A DNA stretch of 64,000 nucleotides from an uncultured Phycisphaerales bacterium (GTDB lineage Bacteria > Planctomycetota > Phycisphaerae > Tepidisphaerales > Tepidisphaeraceae), in the NCBI GenBank assembly GCA_963755915.1, contig CAVWLP010000002.1, positions 1,888,001 to 1,952,000 of the forward strand. The letters run 5' to 3'. Below are positions 33,785 through 42,779 of the stretch, one piece after another. Each line of letters starts with the position of its first letter. The first letter of the stretch is position 1. The position numbers were made by a program, and so were the translations under genes. The notes below the pieces were generated by a model. The model was given only the letters and a program-made list of their open reading frames with translations, was not told the origin of the DNA and ran no database searches.

Positions 33785-35038
33785 TCATTGATCCGAGGCG
33801 ACTTGAATCGCGCGATACGTTCGCGTCGGCGTTGTGTCGTCGAAACGGAGCACTGGATGACCGTCTGGCATGATCCTAACCCAAGGATCGGAAAGCTCTG
33901 AATCTGTAAAGGTCCACGGAGTACACACATCCCCGTTTGGTGGTGAGAAATGGAGCGAGGCGCGATCTTGGCTTAGGATTAGATAGCCGTTGGCGAATAT
34001 TCGGAGGCTGGTAATGCGTTCAGCGACACTTGCGTTTACAAAGACTGCGACCCAGGCTTCATCCAAATCTTTGAGCGTCAGCTGATCGGGATCGTTGGCG
34101 AATTCACTGAAGCCGCCGCTCGCGCCAATCGACTCGATACGATCTGGCTTTATTCTTGCCGCCGTTGAGATCGTGCGTCTCTGCGATGCGACGGCAGGCT
34201 CGGTCGCTTTAGCCTCACTTTCACTGATCTGTTCCGACCAGAACGCGCTGAGGATACAATTACGCGCTCCTCCCGAGAATGTGGTTTCACGAATTTTCGT
34301 CTCATTGCACGTAGCTAGCATCAATGCTTGGTGAGCACTCAAAATTCCTGGTCGTTCAATACAGAGCAACGCTCGAAAATGGGCGTCCACCTCGATCGGC
34401 CCACTCAGCCTTAGGCGAAAGAAAAGACTTCGTAGGGGTCGGCTCTGTTCCAGCAAAAACTCAATTCGCGCTAAACGGTCCTCAACTTTATTGATGGTGC
34501 TTTCGATTGCCGACTGAATTCTGACGCCCCAACGATTGAAAAAGGTGGCCTGTTCAGCGTCGCTCAGTGCGATTCCTAGGAATTGGAATCGGATAGCCAG
34601 TCCATCCGTTCCATCGAGTAATAGACGAATACGTTCACGGTCGAAAAGTTCACAGTCATTGAAACCCAGTTTTTTTACTTCTCTTATGACGGCATCTCGT
34701 TTTTGGACCGAGAAATTGACATTGGTCATGAACCCAAAGCAGCAATTTTCGGGTTTATTCACAGCCGCCTTCTCAGCATCATCAACCATTTTCCCAAATG
34801 CCCACCGCCGGTCTGCGGGCGAATCGGACACCGAATTTCGGAAGCCCACTCCAATTCGCCAAGGACGCCGCTGCGCGTCTAGGCACTCCATATCCCAACC
34901 GCCGTCTGCGCCGCCTCTGGGTTGGCGTTCCTCAACTTTCTGAAAACGACCGTCAACGCCCAGCACGCCCGCGCACATCCGTTCTCTGCTGAGTTGATTA
35001 CTGTCAAGCCAAGACCGAAGTCGCTCGTCTGTCATCAT
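33785..35038 (-). CDS. Hypothetical protein with Mrr/restriction-endonuclease-like N-terminus
   Basis: E...PRGGADGGWD motif followed by FMTN and ELFDRERI, as in Mrr-cat-like domains. Atypical, lower-GC codon usage. Confidence 0.5.
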   Translation of the reverse strand: MMTDERLRSWLDSNQLSRERMCAGVLGVDGRFQKVEERQPRGGADGGWDMECLDAQRRPWRIGVGFRNSVSDSPADRRWAFGKMVDDAEKAAVNKPENCCFGFMTNVNFSVQKRDAVIREVKKLGFNDCELFDRERIRLLLDGTDGLAIRFQFLGIALSDAEQATFFNRWGVRIQSAIESTINKVEDRLARIEFLLEQSRPLRSLFFRLRLSGPIEVDAHFRALLCIERPGILSAHQALMLATCNETKIRETTFSGGARNCILSAFWSEQISESEAKATEPAVASQRRTISTAARIKPDRIESIGASGGFSEFANDPDQLTLKDLDEAWVAVFVNASVAERITSLRIFANGYLILSQDRASLHFSPPNGDVCTPWTFTDSELSDPWVRIMPDGHPVLRFDDTTPTRTYRAIQVASDQ

Positions 35039-35044
35039 CGACGT

Positions 35045-36468
35045 CTACCTTACGTTCTGATGTCGCCGGACTCGATTGATATTGAAGATTGTTTCGCCCA
35101 AACTAACCTCGCCGGGCAGCCCAAGGGACAGGCGTAGGTCGTCGAGGATATCAACGAAGAGCCGGTGCCATTCATTCAACGATAGCTTAGCCGGCGGCAC
35201 CAATATCTCTTTTACTGATTCCTCCAACAAATTAGCTCGCGCGGATTTGATTCGAAGGCACACGACTTTATCGAATTCTATTCTTTTAGTCGGGTCAGTC
35301 AGTCGCCATTCAAAAGCAAGCTCTAAATATCGTAGCAGTCCAATTAGGATTCGACCGTCCCCAAACTCCTGTAGACCAATGTACGCCTGCCGGATAACGC
35401 CGTCGCGAACGAAATCTGGACAATTACGTTCCGCGTGATCAATTTGCGCTGCCACGCATTGTGATGGTGCACGGAAATCTCTTCGGCGGCATTTTTCACT
35501 AGCTGTCGCGACACTCGGCCAGACTGGATTGCCTTTAGACGTGCGGCCAATTTGCAGTTGAATTCGCGCGGCAGGGGTTCAATCGAAGTGTCAGTGCCTT
35601 TTAAAATGCCGCTGACAACCAAAAATGTAAAAGGGGCACCGCGCCAATCCCTGCAAAGGCGAAAACCATAAGGATCGATTCCGGCTATCCACCAGACGGC
35701 ATCGATGGTTTTTGTAGCTTGGTTAGCGGACGCAACCATCAAATGCTCAAAGGCGGTAATTGGCTTTGTCGAGGCATCCCGTACTTGCTGCAATTCCGCG
35801 ATTTTGTCGTATTGGATTCCCATCACAATCTCTTCGTAGGAATCGTCATCCAGCTTTCGGTGCAAGACAAAGTCTTTTACCAAATCTCGTGCGATCGAGA
35901 GATCGGCTGCGCGGGTGAAGCGATTTGGGCTGTCAAAAAGGAGATGATCGAAAGTCAGCAAAATCGATTTAAGAGCTGCAATCTCCACGTCTAAATCAAA
36001 CAGCGGAACCTCGATGGTTGCGATCCCGAGTTTCGGGGGCGGAATGACCTCAATTTTCATCGGCCGATCAAACTGGCGAGCAATCCTTTTGGGGTCGCGT
36101 CCAACAACGGAGGTTACCTTGTGGGTAAGTGGATCGCGCTCCTCAATGTCTCGTTTTCGACTGAACCTGCCCTGTTTGTCGAATTCGTACTGGCCCTTAT
36201 CGCCGCGGACAGACGCCGGAACGGTCGGGGGTTTATGAGAACTCGGTGTGCTTAAGCCAAGCCGATTAAATGCCGGCGCGAATACTTGCGCAAGTTTCAA
36301 ATCGACGCTATCTCCTGCCGCCTCGTTAAAGCGATTTGAAGACATACGCTTGCTTTTTATTCTGCCTCCGACCGATTGGGGAATCGTGTGCTCGTACTTC
36401 GTTTTCAGAGAGAGTACGTCGCCAGTAAATAGACATGTCGCAGTAGAGCACGATTTCATGGTCTGCAA
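35045..36468 (-). CDS. HNH-like endonuclease-domain protein, probable frameshift near 35447
   Basis: CLFTG...EHTIPQSVGG...NRFN N-terminal motif. ORF 35045-35455 continues in an adjacent frame. Confidence 0.55.
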
Positions 36469-36728
36469 TCATCACTCCCACTGTTTCGCGTGTGGCATAG
36501 TGATCGGCCTTGGTGTTGCAAGGCGGCTCGACGATATTCTATTAGGACTATATGGCTTCGTCGCTACCGCCACCGGTCGGGCGAGCGGGGCCAAGACGTG
36601 ATCGCATGTCGAAAGGCCCACGTCGTCGGTCCACCGCCCCACTTGCAGGATGGCCAATGGAGGGGCGCGCTGTCGCAATTCTGAACTCAATTTGACGTAC
36701 TCAAATAGTTGTTTAGCTTGTTCCAGGC

Positions 36729-37658
36729 ATGGCCGATCCGAAATATAGAACCCATGAAACGCCAGTTTCCACCTTATCTGGGTTTATTGAGTGCGTTGAC
36801 GAGCAGAGATGGAACGCATTTCTCGCAGGAAAGAAAAGCGATTTTTTCTTTCGGGGTCTGCAGGAGGATTTGCCGTTACAGCCGAAGGTCGGGTGGATGG
36901 AGTGGCACGGCGACAGATTTAAATTAGAGCGCCTTGTGCTCGAAGAATTCGAGCGTACGACGCCGCGGATTGCGCGGCTGACGATGAGCAGCGATTGGGA
37001 TCTTATGGCCGTCGCTCAGCATCACGGATTGCCGACCAGGTTGCTGGACTGGAGCCAGAGCGCGGTTGCGGCGCTTTGGTTCGCTGTCAAAGACGGCGCG
37101 AAAAGAAACAAATCAAATAACAAAAAGAAATGTGGCGTTGTTTGGATTCTGAAGCCTGACGTCGGCGATTTTCTGAATGGAGATGACTTAAGAAGGCAAT
37201 CACCGTTCAAAATAACTCGAAGTAGGATTTTCCGGCCGCGAGTCATTGCGGATCGAATTCATGCGCAGTCTGGCGTGTTTACAGTTCACGCGAGCGCTCA
37301 CTCTAGCGGTGGCGAGCGCCTAATTCCTTTGGAGGTAAATTCAATTTTCACCAAGAAACTGTACAAGATTCCAATTTCGCCCGACGGATTCGAGCGGATC
37401 CGCGAGCAGCTATAAGTCTGTGGCATAAACGAGGCTACTCTTTTTCCTGATTTAGATGGATTTTGCAGGCACCTCAGATGGAGATATACGCGGGAGACGA
37501 AAGATAGCGGCGATATACCAGATGCACGAATTCTTGCCATTCTAAATGAATTTCACTTGAAAGCGAAAGCCGGTAATTGCACCGCTCGAGGGCGTGTGCG
37601 CGCTTACTTGGGCGTCCTTGGGCATCGCGGCGGTCTAGGGAATACGGACATAATGTGA
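36729..37658 (+). pseudogene. FRG-domain protein interrupted by in-frame TAA at 37413-37415
   Basis: FFFRG, AQHHGLPTRLLDWS and RIHAQSGVFT. After the TAA the same frame continues VCGINEATLFPDLDG, the usual FRG C-terminal motif. Confidence 0.8.
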
Positions 37659-38023
37659 GGCCTAGCTTTCAGGGGGTGTTGCCGACAATTGACAGGTGAT
37701 TTTCGGTAAAGTGTCGGGCGCACCCATTCATGATTCATAAAGTTCCTAAGAGACGGCCACCGCACCTTAAGAAACAGGAAGAATGCCATTGCCCAAATCC
37801 CCCATCTCGCCCAGTTTGATGCGGACTGTCCAATTTTGTATTTGAGTGTTCGGCGGCAAATCGTTGACTCCGCCGCTCACGCTCGCGTCGTGAGGCACAT
37901 TAACTCTCGCCAATGAAACCAGCGCATGAGCGCTTATCGATGTCAGTCATCACTTCAAATGCCACCACCGATCATCGGATCAAATGCCACCACGTCCGAT
38001 ATATCGCAATCGACCGTCCCATT

Positions 38024-38935
38024 TCAAATTGACGCCGAGTTGTTGACTACCGGCGAGGCCGCTTCGGCAGGCTGAACCCCCACGCCAGAAGACAATGGCT
38101 TTCTGGCATCGGTGTCTTCCGGAGGGGAAAGCCCTTCATCGCCGCCGGTACTCCGGCGTCCTCGCGGTTTGGTGGATTCGATGCTTTCAGCGGTAGGCTT
38201 CGCCTCCGCGGCACGGTCTCGCAACCGATAGCTTCTGCCGGTGATCGCGATCACCTCGGCGTTGTGCAGGAAGCGATCGAGGATTGCCGTGGCGGCCGGT
38301 ACGTCGCCGATCAATTTGCCCCAGTCTTCGAGCGGCCGGTTGCTGGTCATCATGGTGGAGCGAACCTGGTAACGCCGCATGATGATCTCGAAGAGATATT
38401 CGCCGGAGCGTTTGGGCAATTGCTTCATGCCCATATCGTCGATGATGAGCAGATCGGGCCGGAGATACCGCTCCATGATTTTGTCCTGCTGGTTGAGGGC
38501 CTCATCGTGCAGGAAGTCGCGCACCACGTCGAAGATCGAGCGGTAAAGCACGACCGATCCGTTCTTGATGGCTTGGTATCCCAGTGCCTGGGCGATGTGA
38601 CTTTTTCCCAGACCCGGCGGCCCGATCAGCAAGACATCCCGCGCCTCGCGGATGAACCGGCCGGTTGCCAGCTCGAAGATCTGCTTGCGTTTGACCGACG
38701 AGTTGAAGGAAAAGTCGAACTCGTCGAGGGTCTTGAGTTCCCGAAAGCCCGCGATCTTGACGCGCCGGGCGATCAGGCGTTCATTGCGAATGAGCAATTC
38801 ATCCTGAAGCACCAGTTCCAAAAACTCGCCGTGGGAAAGCTGATGGCCGGCGGCTTCCTGCAAGCGCACGTCCAAGGTGGAGGCCAAGCCCGAAAGCCGA
38901 AGGCGGGTCAGGGCGGTTCGTAACGATTCGTTCAT
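38024..38935 (-). CDS. istB: IS21 helper ATPase IstB
   Basis: KTLDEFDF, GPPGLGKSH, LLIIDDMG, TSNRP and AILDRFLH. Confidence 0.95.
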   Translation of the reverse strand: MNESLRTALTRLRLSGLASTLDVRLQEAAGHQLSHGEFLELVLQDELLIRNERLIARRVKIAGFRELKTLDEFDFSFNSSVKRKQIFELATGRFIREARDVLLIGPPGLGKSHIAQALGYQAIKNGSVVLYRSIFDVVRDFLHDEALNQQDKIMERYLRPDLLIIDDMGMKQLPKRSGEYLFEIIMRRYQVRSTMMTSNRPLEDWGKLIGDVPAATAILDRFLHNAEVIAITGRSYRLRDRAAEAKPTAESIESTKPRGRRSTGGDEGLSPPEDTDARKPLSSGVGVQPAEAASPVVNNSASI

Positions 38936-38945
38936 AAATCTCCTT

Positions 38946-40597
38946 TCAAAAAAGTGGAGGCTTTGCCTCCACGGGGGTGTTATCGAAAGCGTCATGGACC
39001 AGTTGGGAGTAATCCGAAAGCGACCGGATCAGGGGATGCTCGGCGACGAACTCGAACTGTTGCTGTTGCGCGGCGGATTCCGATCGTTTCAGCAGATTGC
39101 GGATGTCGCGCAGCCGATGGGTGCCGTGCCCTTGAGCCACCTGACAGGCCTGTTCGATCATTTTGGCGGGATGGCGATGCGTGAGACTGACCAGCCCCAT
39201 CACCACGCGCAAGGCGTGAATCCCCCGGCAATTCAGGACATTTTCAGCCCATTGGCCGGCGTGGGGACCGATGGCGCTGGCCTTGTTCATCCACCAGGCC
39301 GCGCCGCGTTCGATCCCGCCGCGCTTCTCGGGAACGATGTGACGATCATCGGTGGCGAAGCGTCCCGGCTCGTGCTGAACGTGGATGGCAACCTGCCGAA
39401 GCTGAGAATCAAAGAGCCGGACGACGTGCCCGTCCCAGCGCGCCCAGATGGTCCGGCCGAGGAACTCCGGCGGCGCCGAGTAATACGCCTTGGCCACCTC
39501 CACGTGGCCATCACGGTTGACGATCCGCTGGGCTTCCTGAAAACAGGGGAACCGTCCCGGCGGAAGAGGCAATAGCGCCGGCTTCTCCACTTCCGCGAAC
39601 ATCCTCGCCACCTGCTTGCGCGTGGTGCCATGAATGCGCGTGTCGGCGATGGTCGATTCCCATTCGGCCAGGAATTGGTTCTGCTCGGAAAGGCTCTTGA
39701 AGGTTCGGGCCTTGAGAGCATTCCCCTGGGCGTATCCGACGCCGCGTTCGATCTTTCCCTTGTGCCGTGGCGTCCTTGGGCGCGTCGGCAAAATGACGGT
39801 GCCGTAGTGACGCGCGAACTCCTGAATCTTGGGATTCAGATCGGGATCGTACCAGTCGGCATGGGTGACGGCCGCTTTGAGATTGTCGATCACCAGAGTT
39901 CTGGGAACACCGCCGAAGTGAATGAAGGCGTTTTCGATGCAGCGGATGAACTGCTCGGTGGTCTGCCGGGGCGTCACTTCGCTGTAGGCTTTGCGCGAGC
40001 AGCTCAGCACGATGCGGAACAGGTGGGGACGGGTTCGTTTGCCGTCGGGTGTGACGAGGGGCGCGCCCTTGCCGAAGTCCACCTGGGCCTCGGCGCCGGG
40101 GCGCATTCCATTCGCCGATAGGGCAATCCGTTGGTTCCGGCACGGTTGAGCCGCTGGACAAATCGCTGGACCGGTTGGTAAGGACCGTCGAAGCCATGAT
40201 CGGCAGCCAAGTCCTGCCAGATACGCTTGGCCGTCAGGCCTTGCTCAAGACCCTGAAGGATGACGGCGCGCCATGGCTCGCACTGGCTGTGACGGCCGGA
40301 AAACCCGGTAATCGAAATGGCGGCATTTGAACCGACAGATTCCGCCTCGCCGTGCATTGACCCGGTCATCGGAATGGTGGCATTTGCCTCCGATCTGACC
40401 TCGGACCCGGCAATCAGAATGGCGGCATCTGGATCCGGCGGACCTGCACCGGGTGGTTCGATCACCGCGGATTTAATGTGACGAGAGACCGTCTCCCGGT
40501 CGATGCCCAGTTCCGCGGCGATCCGGCGATACGACCAGTTCAGTCGCGCAAGTCCCAAGATTGTCTGATGTTCCGCCATTGTGAGCCGATTCGACAT
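38946..40597 (-). CDS. istA: IS21 transposase IstA, frameshift near 40100
   Basis: HTH SYRRIAAELGIDRETV, AQVDFG, FGGVPRTLVIDNLK and HKGKIERGV. Confidence 0.93.
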
Positions 40598-40762
40598 CCG
40601 CAAGCTCCCACCGGCGAGCAGCCGGGAAGCTTACGGACCGAATCTGCGCCTCTCCAAAATGGCGGCATTTGAAGTGATGTTACGTGGCGTGATTTAAGTG
40701 ATGCCTGACATCGAAGGGCTCACATCCGGGTTGGTTCCCCGCGCGATTTCTCTGGAAGATCT

Positions 40763-41770
40763 TCACGCCCCGGTGCCGCGGCGGCGCCGGCGGAGCAGGC
40801 TGGCCGATGTGGCTGCGGCAAGCAATGCGACAACCGTGGGCTCGGGCACTTGGGTATCGAATACGCCGGATTGGGACGTAAAGGTTATTCCCGCCGGCAG
40901 GTTGAAGCTCAGCGAATCGGCGAGGTTAAAACTGGCGCCAAGTCCAGCGCCGCCATTGGCGTAAAATCCAAAATTCACCTGGGGCGAGGCGCCGGTCACG
41001 GCATAGTCAGCGGTGAAGATCGCTGATCCGGGGCCGGTGTCGGTCAGGCTTTGGGAAGAAAAGCCGGAGACAGTGTCGCCGGGATTGAGGCCGGTGTAGG
41101 TGGCGCCCTGCAGGAAAGTGGCGTTGCCGCCATTGATAGTGAGGTAGGCGGTCCCGCTGCCATATCCGTTGCCAGCGGCGCCATTGCTTGAGATGGTGAA
41201 TGTGAGCGGGATTTGTGTGACCGTGCTTGGGGTCGCTCCGGGAATGTTGAACGTCAAACCATCGCTGTCTTGAGCGTAACCACCGGCGGTCGCCCCGACC
41301 GTACCGTTTCCAGTGCCCGACAATTGTATCGAAACAGTTCCCGTCGGAAGGCTGGAAGAGACGAGCGAACTGGAGGTATATCCTGCAGGCACGCCGTTAG
41401 CTTGCGATTGCACAGTCTCGGAAGTGGCGTTGCCGACGTTGTCGGTGGCGGTCGCAGATCCACTGATTGCCGCCCCGGGATCATTGTCATTGACTTCCAC
41501 TTCGTAACCAAGCCCAGCCTGGGGGGGGTCGTTCGGTGCACTGAGATTAATGTTGTAAGCGTATATCCCGCTGTCGTCGCCGTACCCGACATTCGAGTTA
41601 TCGAACACCTGGGCATGCGCCGCGACGGCCGGCAGAAGGCCAAGCGCCGCCCCAAGTACCAGAAGTCTGGCCCGGCTTGGAATCCGAGGGGTTTTCAGTG
41701 AGACATTTTGAGATGGTTTGGCCAGTTGAGATGATTTGACTGGCCGAACGATTGCATTTCCCATTTCCAC
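40763..41770 (-). CDS. PEP-CTERM sorting-domain surface protein
   Basis: Signal peptide ...LLPAVAAHA, Ser/Thr/Gly-rich body, and C-terminal VPEPTVVALLAAATSASLLRRRRR. Start uncertain. Confidence 0.88.
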   Translation of the reverse strand: MEMGNAIVRPVKSSQLAKPSQNVSLKTPRIPSRARLLVLGAALGLLPAVAAHAQVFDNSNVGYGDDSGIYAYNINLSAPNDPPQAGLGYEVEVNDNDPGAAISGSATATDNVGNATSETVQSQANGVPAGYTSSSLVSSSLPTGTVSIQLSGTGNGTVGATAGGYAQDSDGLTFNIPGATPSTVTQIPLTFTISSNGAAGNGYGSGTAYLTINGGNATFLQGATYTGLNPGDTVSGFSSQSLTDTGPGSAIFTADYAVTGASPQVNFGFYANGGAGLGASFNLADSLSFNLPAGITFTSQSGVFDTQVPEPTVVALLAAATSASLLRRRRRGTGA

Positions 41771-42052
41771 TCCTCCAGGGGCCTTGAAGGCCGCGCGAGC
41801 CGAAGAACGATTCCGACTCGAGGCATTTCAATTCCCTTTTTGCGACAAGCTATGTGCGGTTCCCGACTAACGTGAGGCGGCAATATAGTGTATGGCAACA
41901 GCGAATTGCAATCCCTTAAATCAGGGGTATTGCGGATTTTCTGTCTTTTTTTGCTTCGATGCCGCAGGGGTGGTTAGACGACCGGCACGGCTGGCTGGGA
42001 AGATAGGGAAGCGGGACGTGGGCGATTATCGAAGGGCTCACGTCCCCAAGCC

Positions 42053-42130
42053 AGCCCCCTCCCCAGCTCCCGACAAGTCGGGACTTCGCTTCGCACAGCC
42101 TCCAATCCCCGGGGGGTGCCGGGGGCGGGG
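42053..42130. repeat. Degenerate arm of the DUF559-type element with nested CCCGACAAGTCGGG hairpin
   Basis: GCCCCCTCCCCAGC-TCCCGACAAGTCGGGA-...-CCCCGGGGGGTGCCGGGGGCGGGGG. Confidence 0.65.
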
Positions 42131-42242
42131 GAAATGCATGTGCGCGAGCATTGATGCGCCTCAGAGCTGCGCGGGTCCTGGGGCAAAATCTTGTCGCTCA
42201 TTTCTTCGGTTTGATTTTTCCGAGGCGTGGATTGCGCCGTTT

Positions 42243-42665
42243 CTAATTTTCGCCGCGCTCTCTCCCCCGCCCCCGGTACTCCGGGGGAGGGTTGGGGAGG
42301 GGGTTCTCGGTGAGGGCCTGGTAGATCGTCTCCTGCACAGCCTCCGGGAATTTAAGAATCTCGTAGTCTGAAAAGCGAAGAAGTCTGATTCCCTTCGTTG
42401 CCAGCGCCTCACTTCGCCGACGGTCGTATTCAATATTTGGCTTATCCAGATGTTGGCCGCCGTCGGCTTCTACGCCGACTCCGGCCTGCAGGCAGAGGAA
42501 GTCAATGATGTAACCTGCGACGGGGACTTGCTGGCGGAAGTGGAAACCGTCGATTTGGCCTCGCCGCAGAAGGGACCAGAGTTTTTTCTCGGCGTCGGTG
42601 GGCTGTTTTCGCATGCGGCGGGCGTAGGTGATCAGCTTGCGGGAATGATCGCGTTTGCCGGGCAT
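42243..42665 (-). CDS. DUF559 (Vsr-like) endonuclease-domain protein
   Basis: ARRMRKQPTDAEKKLWSLLR, FRQQVP..YIIDF, VEADGGQH, YDRRR and LLRF. Confidence 0.92.
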   Translation of the reverse strand: MPGKRDHSRKLITYARRMRKQPTDAEKKLWSLLRRGQIDGFHFRQQVPVAGYIIDFLCLQAGVGVEADGGQHLDKPNIEYDRRRSEALATKGIRLLRFSDYEILKFPEAVQETIYQALTENPLPNPPPEYRGRGRERGEN

Positions 42666-42757
42666 GCGGGAAATGTTGTTGCAGACAAATGTCAACCGTC
42701 AAGTCGGCCCCCTCCCCATCCCTCCCCCGGATTACCGGGGGCGGGGGTAAGAGGGGA
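42258..42757. repeat. Inverted hairpin arms (42258-42306 and 42706-42757) bracketing the DUF559 gene
   Basis: CCCCCGCCCCCGGTACTCCGGGGGAGGGTTGGGGAGGGGG and CCCCCTCCCCATCCCTCCCCCGGATTACCGGGGGCGGGGG are near reverse complements. Confidence 0.9.
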
Positions 42758-42779
42758 GGTGCCGGTTTTGTATTTGAGA

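Larger units (their letters stand above)
37941..40710 (-). mobile_element. IS21-family insertion sequence, full length
   Basis: Terminal IRs TGTCAGTCATCACTT / AAGTGATGCCTGACA, subterminal CAAATGCCRCCA repeats, TCGA target duplication (37937-37940 and 40711-40714), istA-istB. Confidence 0.95.

Noticed and set aside
36472..36690. 72-aa ORF upstream of the HNH-like gene (and the 61-aa ORF at 37604-37789)
   Set aside because: No recognisable motif or RBS. They may be gene remnants but I cannot support them.
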